In this document: positions 1-8,725 of the stretch, one piece after another
How the letters are laid out: each line of letters opens with the position of its first letter
How positions within the stretch are numbered: the first letter of the stretch is position 1
DNA from: Candidatus Ratteibacteria bacterium
GTDB taxonomy: Bacteria > Ratteibacteria > UBA8468 > B48-G9 > JAFGKM01
Assembly (NCBI GenBank): GCA_046296715.1
Contig: JBKBIN010000029.1
Location: 1-17,458 of the forward strand
DNA: 17,458 nucleotides
Direction: 5' to 3'
Position numbers and translations under genes: made by a program
The notes under the pieces: generated by a model
What the model saw: the letters and a program-made list of their open reading frames with translations, nothing else
Databases searched by the model: none
Told to the model about the DNA's origin: nothing

Positions 1-35
1 GTGCTCATACAGAAAGAGCAAGAGAAAAGAAATAA
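1..35 (+). CDS. rpsS: 30S ribosomal protein S19, C-terminal fragment (5' truncated by window)
   Basis: Frame 3 reads ..AHTERAREKK-TAA (stop 33-35). This resembles the S19 'H + basic tail' end and sits in the canonical position just upstream of rplV. Confidence 0.7.
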   Translation, partial: AHTERAREKK

Positions 36-48
36 CGGGGAAGGAAAA

Positions 49-381
49 ATGATAGTAAGAGCAAAGGCAAAATATGTCAGAATTGGGCCACGAAAATTAA
101 GAAGTATAGTAGATTTGATTAAAGGGAAAGAAGTAGAAGAAGCGTTTGGGATCTTGCGAAATCTTAAGAAAAAGGGTGCAAAAATTCTTGAAAAAGTTGT
201 CAAAAGTGCAGTAAATAATGGGAAAAGTAAAGCAGAAGGGATTGAATGGAAAATAAAAAATATAATTATTGATGGAGGACCAATGTTAAAAAGATATAGA
301 GCAGCACCGATGGGTAGAGCGGTAATGGTTAGGAAAAGGACATCACATATTACTGTTATACTTGAAGGAGAGGAAGAATAA
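49..381 (+). CDS. rplV: 50S ribosomal protein L22
   Basis: MIVRAKAKYVRIGPRKLR...GGPMLKRYRAAPMGRA...KRTSHITV. The true start is ATG 49 after a purine-rich GGGGAAGGA. The ORF-track start at 1 is an over-extension. Confidence 0.97.
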   Translation: MIVRAKAKYVRIGPRKLRSIVDLIKGKEVEEAFGILRNLKKKGAKILEKVVKSAVNNGKSKAEGIEWKIKNIIIDGGPMLKRYRAAPMGRAVMVRKRTSHITVILEGEEE

Positions 382-1037
382 TGGGACAAAAAGTTAATCC
401 TATTGGGTTAAGAATTGGAATAGTTGAAGATTGGAGAAGTAAATGGTTTGCTTCAAAAAAAGAATTTAAAGATTTACTAAAAGAAGATATTCTAATAAGA
501 GATTATATTAAAAAGAGATATCCGAGAGGGACTATTTCCAAAATTGAAATTGAGAAAACAGATAAAATAAGGATAAAAATATACACTCCAAGACCAGGAG
601 TGGTTCTTGGTAGGAAAGGCGCTGAAATTAATAAGTTAAGAGATGAACTATATGAAATTTTTAAAAAACAGATAACCATTGACTGTATAGAAATTAATCA
701 ACCAGGAATAAGTGCTCAATTTCTTGCGGATAGTATAGTTATACAACTTGAAAAGAGAGTTCCACATAGGCAAGCGATAAAAAAAGCAATGGATCTTGCA
801 ATGCAATCTGGAGCAAAAGGGATAAAAGTAAGGATTTCAGGTAGAATTGCAGGTGTTGAAATAGCAAGAAGTGAACAATATATTATGGGAAAAGTTCCAC
901 TTCATACTTTAAGAGCAAAGATTGATTATGCAACAAGTACTGCTTTTACAAGAAGTGGAACAGTTGGAGTTAAAGTATGGATCTATCTTGGAGAGATTTT
1001 AGAAGAAAAAGGAGAACAAAATGCCACTAATGCCTAA
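381..1037 (+). CDS. rpsC: 30S ribosomal protein S3
   Basis: [26 protein letters not shown] and [14 protein letters not shown] motifs. TAATG overlap with rplV. Confidence 0.99.
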   Translation: MGQKVNPIGLRIGIVEDWRSKWFASKKEFKDLLKEDILIRDYIKKRYPRGTISKIEIEKTDKIRIKIYTPRPGVVLGRKGAEINKLRDELYEIFKKQITIDCIEINQPGISAQFLADSIVIQLEKRVPHRQAIKKAMDLAMQSGAKGIKVRISGRIAGVEIARSEQYIMGKVPLHTLRAKIDYATSTAFTRSGTVGVKVWIYLGEILEEKGEQNATNA

Positions 1038-1440
1038 GAGAGTTAAATATAGAAAAATGCAGAGAGGAAGGACAAAAGGGAAAGCAACAAGAGGCAATAA
1101 TCTTTTTTATGGAGAATATGGTTTAAAAGTTCTTGAGCCAGGGTGGATAACTTCTGCTCAAATTGAAGCAGCAAGAATTGCAATAACTCATTATTTAAAA
1201 TCAAAAGGTAAACTTTGGATAAGAATTTTTCCTGATAAACCAGTAACCAAAAAACCGGCAGAAAGCAGAATGGGTAAAGGTAAAGGAGATGTTGAAAAAT
1301 GGGTTGCTGTGGTCTTACCGGGTAGAATAATTTTTGAAATTGCAGGTGTTTCTGAAGAACTTGCAAGAGAAGCATTAAGAAGGGCATCTCATAAGATTCC
1401 ATATAAATCAAAATTTGTTAAAAGATTGCTTGTTGGTTAA
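1021..1440 (+). CDS. rplP: 50S ribosomal protein L16
   Basis: [15 protein letters not shown] and [22 protein letters not shown] motifs. SD AAGGAG upstream. Confidence 0.99.
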   Translation: MPLMPKRVKYRKMQRGRTKGKATRGNNLFYGEYGLKVLEPGWITSAQIEAARIAITHYLKSKGKLWIRIFPDKPVTKKPAESRMGKGKGDVEKWVAVVLPGRIIFEIAGVSEELAREALRRASHKIPYKSKFVKRLLVG

Positions 1441-1444
1441 AAAT

Positions 1445-1473
1445 TTGAAAATTTTTTTAAAAAATATTATAAT
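1445..1473 (+). promoter_or_regulatory. Candidate sigma70-type internal promoter upstream of rpmC
   Basis: TTGAAA (1445-1450), 17 nt spacer, TATAAT (1468-1473), in the only sizeable (68 nt) intergenic gap of the superoperon. Confidence 0.6.
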
Positions 1474-1508
1474 AATTTTTTGTTTTTGAAATTAAAAAGG
1501 TTAAGAGT

Positions 1509-1733
1509 ATGAAAAAAGAAGAACTAAAAAAGTGGAGGGAATCTACAAACCAAGAAATTGAAAATAAAATTGTTGAATTGGAAAAACAACTCTATGAATT
1601 AAGACATCAATTGACATTAGGGCAGTTGAAAAATTACTCACAAATTAAAGAAATAAAAAAAAATATTGCAAGATTAAAAACAATAATAAGAGAAAGAGAA
1701 CTTGGAGTTAAAAATGACAAAAAAACGAGTTGA
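1509..1733 (+). CDS. rpmC: 50S ribosomal protein L29
   Basis: LYELRHQLTLGQLKNYSQIKEIKKNIARLKTIIRERE matches the L29 pattern. Syntenic position. Confidence 0.97.
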   Translation: MKKEELKKWRESTNQEIENKIVELEKQLYELRHQLTLGQLKNYSQIKEIKKNIARLKTIIRERELGVKNDKKTS

Positions 1734-2004
1734 AAAAACTGGAATAGTTGTAAGTGATAAAATGGATAAAACAAGAGTTGTACTTGTTGAATTTATGACT
1801 CAACATCCACTTTATAAAAAGGTAATAAGAAAAAGGCGGAAGTTTATGGCTCATGATGAGGACAATATTACAAAAGTCGGTGATATTGTCAGAATAATAC
1901 AGACAAGACCATTAAGTAGACATAAAAGATGGAAGATTGTTGAAATTATTGGTAAAAAAGGAGTGACAATTGATTCAACTGAGAACAATGCTTCAGGTAG
2001 CTGA
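1714..2004 (+). CDS. rpsQ: 30S ribosomal protein S17
   Basis: [24 protein letters not shown] and [10 protein letters not shown] motifs. ATG 1714 follows GGAG (1704-1707). Confidence 0.97.
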   Translation: MTKKRVEKTGIVVSDKMDKTRVVLVEFMTQHPLYKKVIRKRRKFMAHDEDNITKVGDIVRIIQTRPLSRHKRWKIVEIIGKKGVTIDSTENNASGS

Positions 2005-2338
2005 TAATACAGGTGCAAAAAAAATAATGGTTATAGGATTCATTGGTAGTTCAAAGAAAAGATATGCTTATATTGGAGATGTTGTTGTTGCTACGGTAAA
2101 AAATGCACTTCCCGATGGAATAGTAAAAAAGAAAGAAAAAGTTAAAGCAGTTATTATAAGAACAAAAAAAGAAACAAAAAGAAAGGATGGAACAATTATA
2201 AGATTTGATCATAATAGTGCAGTTATAATTGACAATGAAGGTAATCCAAGAGGTACAAGAGTTTTTGGTCCAGTTCCAAGAGAATTAAGGGAAAAAAATT
2301 TTACAAAGATAATTTCTCTTGCTCCGGAGGTTATATAA
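1970..2338 (+). CDS. rplN: 50S ribosomal protein L14 (TTG start)
   Basis: [17 protein letters not shown] and [13 protein letters not shown]...IISLAPEVI motifs. SD AAGGAG upstream of the TTG. Confidence 0.99.
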   Translation: MIQLRTMLQVADNTGAKKIMVIGFIGSSKKRYAYIGDVVVATVKNALPDGIVKKKEKVKAVIIRTKKETKRKDGTIIRFDHNSAVIIDNEGNPRGTRVFGPVPRELREKNFTKIISLAPEVI

Positions 2339-2339
2339 A

Positions 2340-2663
2340 ATGAAATTTAAGTTGAAAAGAGGAGATATTGTCCAAGTAATAAAAGGAAAAGATAGAGGCA
2401 AAAAAGGTAGAATTTTAAAAGTTTTTCCAAAGGAAGGAAAAGTTCTTGTTGAGGGAATAAATTTTGTAAAAAAACATACAAGACCAAAAGCAGTTGACAG
2501 ACAAGGTGGAATAATTCAAATAGAAAAACCAATTTCAATAAGTAATGTTAATCTTTTCTGTTTAAAATGTAGTAAACCAACACGGTTGGGTATAAAATTT
2601 TTAGAAGATGGAACGAAAGTAAGATATTGTAAAAAGTGTAAAGAAATAATAGAGGAAAAGTAA
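2340..2663 (+). CDS. rplX: 50S ribosomal protein L24
   Basis: KOW motif KRGDIVQVIKGKDRGKKG, VEGINFVKKH and a C-terminal CxxC...CxxC. ATG 2340 follows GGAGG. Confidence 0.98.
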   Translation: MKFKLKRGDIVQVIKGKDRGKKGRILKVFPKEGKVLVEGINFVKKHTRPKAVDRQGGIIQIEKPISISNVNLFCLKCSKPTRLGIKFLEDGTKVRYCKKCKEIIEEK

Positions 2664-2664
2664 G

Positions 2665-3213
2665 ATGGAAGAACCGAGATTAAAAAAATTTTATAAAGAA
2701 AACGTGATTCCAAAATTAATGGAGAAGTTTAAATATAAAAATATTATGCAAGTTCCAAAAATTTTAAAAATAGTTTTAAATATGGGGATAGGAAGAGATG
2801 GCAAAGATGCAAAAGCAGTTGAATCAGCTCAAAAAGAACTTACTTTAATTGCTGGACAAAAAGCAGTTTTAACAAGAGCAAAAAAATCAATAGCAGGTTT
2901 TAATGTAAGAAAGGGTGATATTGTTGGAGTTATGGTAACATTAAGAGGCAACAGAATGTATGAATTTCTTGATAGGTTAATAACAGTTGCTTTGCCAAGG
3001 GTAAGGGATTTTGAAGGATTACCAAAAGATTCAACAGATGGAAGGGGTTCATATACAATTGGGATAAAAGAACATGTAATATTTCCTGAGGTAGATTATA
3101 ATACAATTTATAAAGTACAAGGGATGAATGTTACAATAGTTACTTCAGCAAAAACGCCAGAAGAAACAATATCTTTATTGCGTGAAATTGGTTTACCAAT
3201 AAGAAAGGAATAA
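2665..3213 (+). CDS. rplE: 50S ribosomal protein L5
   Basis: [34 protein letters not shown] and DGRGSYTIG motifs. Confidence 0.99.
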   Translation: MEEPRLKKFYKENVIPKLMEKFKYKNIMQVPKILKIVLNMGIGRDGKDAKAVESAQKELTLIAGQKAVLTRAKKSIAGFNVRKGDIVGVMVTLRGNRMYEFLDRLITVALPRVRDFEGLPKDSTDGRGSYTIGIKEHVIFPEVDYNTIYKVQGMNVTIVTSAKTPEETISLLREIGLPIRKE

Positions 3214-3215
3214 AA

Positions 3216-3401
3216 GTGGCAAGAAAATGTTTTTTCGAAAAACTTAAAAAAGGGGCAAAGTTTAAAGTAAGGGAAAGGAATAGATGTTGGAGGTGTGGAA
3301 GACCAAGAGGTTATTATAGAAAATTTGGTATTTGCAGGATTTGTTTTAGGGAACTTGCAGGAAAAGGAGAAATTCCGGGTGTAAAGAAAGCAAGTTGGTA
3401 A
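3216..3401 (+). CDS. rpsN: 30S ribosomal protein S14, short zinc-binding type Z (GTG start)
   Basis: 61 aa with [11 protein letters not shown]...[11 protein letters not shown]...PGVKKASW (four Cys ligands). Confidence 0.98.
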   Translation: MARKCFFEKLKKGAKFKVRERNRCWRCGRPRGYYRKFGICRICFRELAGKGEIPGVKKASW

Positions 3402-3412
3402 AGGAGGATTTT

Positions 3413-3808
3413 ATGACGATGACAGATCCAATAGCAGATATGCTAACAAGGATAAGGAATGCGAATATGGTATCAAAACCTTATGTTGATATACCTTTTA
3501 GTAAATTTAAAGTAAAAATACTTGATGTCCTTAAACAGGAAAAATATATAAAGGACTATGAATTAATTCAAGATAATTCGCGAAAGTATATTAGGGTTCA
3601 TTTACTTTATTTTGGGAAAAATAAAGCAATAACTGAGATAAAAAGAATAAGTAAACCAGGGAGAAGAGTTTATGTTTCTAAGGATGAAATACCTGTTGTA
3701 AAAAATAACTATGGCATAGCAGTTTTGACAACCTCAAAAGGAGTAATGAGTAATAAAAAAGCAAAAGAGTTGGGCATTGGAGGAGAATTACTTTTTTACA
3801 TATGGTAA
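3413..3808 (+). CDS. rpsH: 30S ribosomal protein S8
   Basis: MTDPIADMLTRIRNA, RISKPGRRVY, TTSKGVM and GGEL motifs. SD AAGGAGG at 3401-3407. Confidence 0.99.
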   Translation: MTMTDPIADMLTRIRNANMVSKPYVDIPFSKFKVKILDVLKQEKYIKDYELIQDNSRKYIRVHLLYFGKNKAITEIKRISKPGRRVYVSKDEIPVVKNNYGIAVLTTSKGVMSNKKAKELGIGGELLFYIW

Positions 3809-3821
3809 AAAGGAAAATTCT

Positions 3822-4388
3822 ATGGCAAGATTAGGCAAAAAACCAATTGATATTCCAGAAGGAGTAAATGTGAAGGTAGAAGATGGTAAGGTTTTTGTTG
3901 AAGGTAAAAAAGGAAAACTTGTTCAAGAGATTTTTCCAAATTTAAATGTGATCGTTGAGGACAAAAAGATATTGGTAAAAAATGAAGCAGATCCGAAAAA
4001 TAAAAAATTATATAGAAAAACAAATGCTCTTTGGGGTCTACTTAGAAGTTTAATTGCTAATATGATAAAAGGTGTAAATGAAGGTTTTGAAAAAATTCTT
4101 GAGATTCATGGAGTTGGATATAAAGGTGATGTAAAAGGTAATAAACTTATTCTTTCAGTTGGTTTTACTCATCCTGTTGAAATAGAAATACCAAAAGAAA
4201 TATCTGTAGAGGTTAGTAAAAATACAATAATATTTATAAGAGGAGCAGATAAACAAAAAGTCGGAGATTTTGCTGCAAGAGTAAGAAGTGTTTGTCCACC
4301 AGAACCATATAAAGGGAAAGGAATTAGGTATAGAGGTGAATATGTAAGACAAAAAGCAACAAAAGCAGGAGTAGAGGCGAAAAAATGA
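3822..4388 (+). CDS. rplF: 50S ribosomal protein L6
   Basis: [20 protein letters not shown] and [12 protein letters not shown] motifs. Confidence 0.99.
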   Translation: MARLGKKPIDIPEGVNVKVEDGKVFVEGKKGKLVQEIFPNLNVIVEDKKILVKNEADPKNKKLYRKTNALWGLLRSLIANMIKGVNEGFEKILEIHGVGYKGDVKGNKLILSVGFTHPVEIEIPKEISVEVSKNTIIFIRGADKQKVGDFAARVRSVCPPEPYKGKGIRYRGEYVRQKATKAGVEAKK

Positions 4389-4765
4389 AATTAACAAGAA
4401 ATGAAAAAAGGAAAAAAAGACATTTAAGAGTAAGGAAGAAAGTTAAAGGTTGTCCTGAAAGACCAAGGTTATGTGTTTTTAGAAGTCATAAACATATATA
4501 TGCTTCATTAATAGACGATAGTGTCATGCCTAATAGAGTTATTACAACTGTTTCAAGTTTATCATCAGAATTTAGAAAACTCGCTTCAGATAAAAAAATT
4601 CATGGTGGAAATGTAAAAGGAGCAGAAATAGTTGGTCAATTAATCGCAGAAAAAGCAAAATTACTTGGAATAGAAAAAGTAGTTTTTGATAGAGGTGGTT
4701 ATAAATATACAGGTAGAATTAAAGCATTAGCTGAATCTGCAAGAAAAGGAGGTCTAAAATTTTAG
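4385..4765 (+). CDS. rplR: 50S ribosomal protein L18
   Basis: [15 protein letters not shown] and [28 protein letters not shown] motifs. Confidence 0.99.
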   Translation: MKLTRNEKRKKRHLRVRKKVKGCPERPRLCVFRSHKHIYASLIDDSVMPNRVITTVSSLSSEFRKLASDKKIHGGNVKGAEIVGQLIAEKAKLLGIEKVVFDRGGYKYTGRIKALAESARKGGLKF

Positions 4766-5238
4766 AAAAGAACAATATTAATGGTGAAAAAATAGAAGAA
4801 AAACAAATTGTAATTGAGATTAGAAGAGTTACAAAAGTTACAAAAGGTGGGAAAAATTTAAGTTTTAGGGCGGTTGTTGTTGTTGGCAATGGACAGGGAA
4901 AAGGTGGCTTTGGAATTGGGAAAGCAAATGAAGTTCCTGAAGCAATAAGAAAAGCAGTTGAGCAAGCAAGGAAAAATATGATAGAAATTCCTTTGAAAGA
5001 TGGAACAATTCCACATGATGTAAAAAGTAAATTTGGTCCTTCAATTGTAATTTTAAAACCTGCTTCTAAAGGACATGGGATGGTTGCAGGAAGAACCGTA
5101 AGAGCTTTATTAGATGTCTGTGGGATAAAAGATATTACATGTAAATGCCTTGGCTCAACAAATCCAATAAATGTTTTATATGCAACAACAAAGGCATTAA
5201 GTAAAATAAAAGTAAGGAGCAAAGAAAATGAAACTTAA
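4759..5238 (+). CDS. rpsE: 30S ribosomal protein S5 (start uncertain; probable non-canonical ATT at 4759)
   Basis: Frame 1 is open from 4735 and reads [66 protein letters not shown]...[11 protein letters not shown]. The ORF track captured only the C-terminal 86 aa from ATG 4978. Identity is certain, the start is inferred. Confidence 0.93.
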   Translation: MLEKNNINGEKIEEKQIVIEIRRVTKVTKGGKNLSFRAVVVVGNGQGKGGFGIGKANEVPEAIRKAVEQARKNMIEIPLKDGTIPHDVKSKFGPSIVILKPASKGHGMVAGRTVRALLDVCGIKDITCKCLGSTNPINVLYATTKALSKIKVRSKENET

Positions 5239-5686
5239 TCAGTTAAAAGTGCCTTTTGGAGCAAAACATAAAAAGAAACGACTTGGAAGAGGGGATTCTT
5301 CTGGTCATGGTGGAACTTCAACAAGAGGTCATAAAGGACATAAAGCAAGAAGTGGATATAGATTATCATTTAATTTTGAAGGTGGACAAATGCCTTTGTT
5401 TAGAAGATTACCGAAAAGAGGTTTTACACATTTAAAAAAATATAAAATTGAAATAGTGAATTTAAATCAGATTGATAAATTATTCCAAGATGGAGAAGAA
5501 GTTACCATAGAAAAATTGAAAGAAAAATCTCTTATTAAAAAGGGCCAATATGTTAAAATACTTGGTGAAGGAAAATTGACAAAAAAATTAACAATTTATG
5601 CACACCAATTTTCTAAAAAAGCAAAAGAAAAAATAGAAAAAGTAGGAGGTAAAGTTAACATTGTTAAGGTGAAGGAAAATGTTTGA
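5228..5686 (+). CDS. rplO: 50S ribosomal protein L15
   Basis: RLGRGDSSGHGGTSTRGHKGHKARSG, FEGGQMPLFRRLPKRGF and VKILGEG motifs. Confidence 0.99.
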   Translation: MKLNQLKVPFGAKHKKKRLGRGDSSGHGGTSTRGHKGHKARSGYRLSFNFEGGQMPLFRRLPKRGFTHLKKYKIEIVNLNQIDKLFQDGEEVTIEKLKEKSLIKKGQYVKILGEGKLTKKLTIYAHQFSKKAKEKIEKVGGKVNIVKVKENV

Positions 5687-6992
5687 GGCTTTTAGAGATT
5701 TATTTAAAGTACCTGATTTAAAAAGAAAGATAGGTATAACAATTTTGCTTTTGACTGTTTATAGATTTGGATGTTATATACCTGTTCCTGGAATTAATGG
5801 TAAAGAACTTGCAAAGATATTTGAAAGTTCTGCAGGAACTCTTTTTTCTCTTGCAGATTTATTTTCTGGTGGTGCTTTAAGTCAGGCAACGATTTTTGCC
5901 CTTGGGATTATGCCATATATCAGTGTTTCAATTGTTCTTGAACTACTTGCGTCAGTTGTCCCTTTTTTTGAAAATATGTTGAAAAGTGGCGTTGAAGGAA
6001 GGAGAAAACTTACACAACTTACAAGATATGGAACAGTTGCTTTATGTATTTTTCAAGGTTTTGCAATTAGTTCTTTTCTTGAGAATCCTGAACACTTTGG
6101 TGGACTTATAATAGTTGCAAATCCAGGCTGGTTATTTCGTATTATAACAACTCTTACATTAACGACAGGAACAATTTTTCTTATGTATCTTGGTGAACAG
6201 ATAACGGAAAAAGGAATAGGAAATGGTATTTCTCTAATTATTACAACAAGTATTATATCAAGAATGCCAGTTGCATTTCATAGAATGGCAGGACTTGTAA
6301 GTGCAGGAGAAATAAATTTTTTTGTTGTTATTATACTTATTGCTTTAATTTTTGGAGTGGTTGCTGCTGCTATTTTAATAAATGAAAGTGAAAGAAGAAT
6401 TCCAATACAATATGCCAAAAGAGTAATTGGTAAAAGAGTATATGGTGGGCAGTCAACATATCTTCCAATAAAACTAAATCAAGGTGGAGTAATTCCTTTG
6501 ATTTTTGCAATTGCAATTTTAACTTTTCCAGCAACAATTCTTTCTTTTGCTCAAAACAAATTTTTAATCAAATTGTCCCAAATTTTATCTCCTACTCAGC
6601 CAGTAGGTATGTTTTTATATGCGATTTTAACAATCTTCTTTTGTTATTTTTATGCCGGAATTATTTTTAATCCTGATAATATTGCTGATGACCTTCAAAA
6701 GTATGGTGGATTTATACAGGGAATAAGACCTGGGAAATCAACAGCACTTTATCTTGAAAAGATTGTGAATAGATTAACTTTACCAGGTTCTATTATGCTT
6801 GCTGCTATTGCTCTTTTCCCGTATATTCTTATGCATATTTATAGAAAAATTCCTTATATTGTTGCAAGTATTTTTGGAGGCATTGGACTTTTAATAGTTG
6901 TTTCTGTTTTGATAGAAACAATAAGACAGATTGAAGCACATTTATTATTAAGACATTATCAGGGATTTATTAAAAAGGCAAAGATAAGATGA
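5679..6992 (+). CDS. secY: Preprotein translocase subunit SecY
   Basis: IFALGIMPYI, GEQITEKGIGNGISLII, GVIPLIFA and FIQGIRPGKST motifs. Multiple hydrophobic segments. Confidence 0.99.
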   Translation: MFEAFRDLFKVPDLKRKIGITILLLTVYRFGCYIPVPGINGKELAKIFESSAGTLFSLADLFSGGALSQATIFALGIMPYISVSIVLELLASVVPFFENMLKSGVEGRRKLTQLTRYGTVALCIFQGFAISSFLENPEHFGGLIIVANPGWLFRIITTLTLTTGTIFLMYLGEQITEKGIGNGISLIITTSIISRMPVAFHRMAGLVSAGEINFFVVIILIALIFGVVAAAILINESERRIPIQYAKRVIGKRVYGGQSTYLPIKLNQGGVIPLIFAIAILTFPATILSFAQNKFLIKLSQILSPTQPVGMFLYAILTIFFCYFYAGIIFNPDNIADDLQKYGGFIQGIRPGKSTALYLEKIVNRLTLPGSIMLAAIALFPYILMHIYRKIPYIVASIFGGIGLLIVVSVLIETIRQIEAHLLLRHYQGFIKKAKIR

Positions 6993-7630
6993 AAAATATA
7001 TTAATTTTACTTGGTCCACCTGGTGCTGGAAAAGGAACGGTTGGTGAGAGATTAAGTAAAATTTTAAATATTCCACTGATTTCAACAGGTGATTTATTAA
7101 GAGAAAATATTAAAGAGAAAACAGAGTTAGGATTAAAAGCAAAAAAATATATGGATAAAGGGGAACTTGTTCCTGATGAAATTGTAATTTCTATTTTATT
7201 AGAAAGAATAAGTGAGGATAATTGTAAAGATGGATTTATACTTGATGGTTTCCCAAGAAATATAAATCAGGCAAAAAATCTTGAAAAATTTATAAAAGAT
7301 GGTAAAATAAAAGTTATATATCTTCAGGCAGATGATGATTTTCTTATTAATCGTCTTTCAAACAGAAGAATATGTGAAAATTGTGGAGCAATATATCATT
7401 TAATAAATATACCACCAAAAGTTCAAGGAATTTGTGATAAATGTGGTGGTAAATTGATTCAAAGAGATGATGATAAAGAAGAAGTTGTTAGAAATAGATT
7501 GGCTGTTTATCATAAGTTAACTTCTCCTTTACTTGATTATTATAAAAGCAAAAATATTTTATTTAGTGTTCGTGGAGATGAAAAGTTAGAAGATATAGTA
7601 AAGCAAATAATTGAAATTTCAAAAATATGA
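6989..7630 (+). CDS. adk: Adenylate kinase (zinc-binding LID)
   Basis: P-loop GPPGAGKGT, STGDLLR, GFILDGFPR, and LID CENC...CDKC followed by QRDDD. Confidence 0.99.
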   Translation: MKNILILLGPPGAGKGTVGERLSKILNIPLISTGDLLRENIKEKTELGLKAKKYMDKGELVPDEIVISILLERISEDNCKDGFILDGFPRNINQAKNLEKFIKDGKIKVIYLQADDDFLINRLSNRRICENCGAIYHLINIPPKVQGICDKCGGKLIQRDDDKEEVVRNRLAVYHKLTSPLLDYYKSKNILFSVRGDEKLEDIVKQIIEISKI

Positions 7631-8358
7631 CCAAAAAGGAAATAGATATGGTTAGAACTTGTTGTAAAAAAGCAAGAGAAATAATTGAAGAGTTAAAGGA
7701 ATATTTAGTTGATGGTATTTCAACTTATGAAATTGAATTAAAAAGTATTGAATTAATGAAGAAGAAAAAAGTAGAGTCAGCTTTTAAAGGATATAGAGGG
7801 TATCCTGCAAATATATGTGTTTCAGTTAATTTTGAAGTTATTCACGGACTTCCAAAGAAGGGTAAAATATTAAAAAATGGAGATATTGTTTCACTTGATG
7901 TTGGAGTTAAATATAATGGTTTTTATGGTGATTGCGCAGACACTTTCCCTGTGGGTAAAATAGATGTAAAATATATTAAATTAATAAAAGTAACAAGAAA
8001 GGCATTTGAGAAAGCATTAAAAGAAGTTTATGCTGGTTCTAAAACTGGTAATATAGGTTATGTAATAGAAAATTATGCTCAAAAAAATGGTTTTTCAGTA
8101 ATAAAAGAGTTTGCAGGTCATGGTATAGGTAAAAATTTGCATCAATCTCCAGAAGTTCCGAATTTTGGGTATAAAGGCGAAGGAGACATTTTAGTTGAAA
8201 ACACAATTATAGCAATAGAGCCAATGATAGCAGAAGGAGAAGGAGAAACAGAAGTAATAGAAGATGGTTGGACAGTTGTTACAAAAGATAGGAAATATGC
8301 TGCTCATTACGAAAATTGTGTTCTTATAAAAAAAAATGGATATGAGGTATTAAGTTAA
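7627..8358 (+). CDS. map: Methionine aminopeptidase type I
   Basis: [45 protein letters not shown] and AAHYEN motifs. Confidence 0.98.
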   Translation: MTKKEIDMVRTCCKKAREIIEELKEYLVDGISTYEIELKSIELMKKKKVESAFKGYRGYPANICVSVNFEVIHGLPKKGKILKNGDIVSLDVGVKYNGFYGDCADTFPVGKIDVKYIKLIKVTRKAFEKALKEVYAGSKTGNIGYVIENYAQKNGFSVIKEFAGHGIGKNLHQSPEVPNFGYKGEGDILVENTIIAIEPMIAEGEGETEVIEDGWTVVTKDRKYAAHYENCVLIKKNGYEVLS

Positions 8359-8360
8359 AA

Positions 8361-8576
8361 ATGGCTAACGAAGAAAAAATTAGAATAGAAGGAGTAATCA
8401 AAAAGGTTTTACCAGCAACAAATTTTGAAGTAGAACTTGAAAATGGACACCAGGTTATTGCGCATTTATGTGGAAGAATGAGAATGAATTATATAAAAAT
8501 TGTTCCAGGTGATAAAGTTTTAGTTGAGATTTCACCATATGATTTAAAAAGAGGAAGAATTATTAAAAGATTATAA
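8361..8576 (+). CDS. infA: Translation initiation factor IF-1
   Basis: [46 protein letters not shown]. Confidence 0.99.
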   Translation: MANEEKIRIEGVIKKVLPATNFEVELENGHQVIAHLCGRMRMNYIKIVPGDKVLVEISPYDLKRGRIIKRL

Positions 8577-8588
8577 AAGAGGTGGAAA

Positions 8589-8714
8589 ATGAAGGTTAGA
8601 GCTTCTGTAAAAAAAATATGTCCGAAATGTAAAATAATAAAAAGAAAAGGTATTATTAGAGTCATTTGCAGTAATCCACAAGATGGACCAAAACATAAAC
8701 AAAGACAAGGATAA
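8589..8714 (+). CDS. rpmJ: 50S ribosomal protein L36 (41 aa; not in ORF track)
   Basis: Hand translation gives [52 protein letters not shown] upstream. Confidence 0.98.
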   Translation: MKVRASVKKICPKCKIIKRKGIIRVICSNPQDGPKHKQRQG

Positions 8715-8725
8715 GGAGGATAAAA

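Noticed and set aside
1..48. N-terminal extension of L22 implied by the ORF track (similar extensions shown for S17, L24, S8 and L6)
   Set aside because: These upstream GTG/TTG starts overlap the preceding genes. The downstream ATGs match the family N-termini and have SD-like sequences.
2640..2720. S8-binding spc operator at the rplX-rplE junction
   Set aside because: No convincing helix resembling the E. coli S8 target could be identified by eye. A covariance search would be needed.
4719..5222. 167-aa minus-strand ORF, longer than the called + strand rpsE ORF
   Set aside because: It is the antisense shadow of rpsE. The + frame carries unmistakable S5 motifs, and the minus translation has no recognisable motif.
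4978..5238. Apparent truncated 86-aa S5 or rpsE pseudogene
   Set aside because: The frame is intact and conserved for about 75 codons upstream. The truncation is an artefact of requiring ATG/GTG/TTG.
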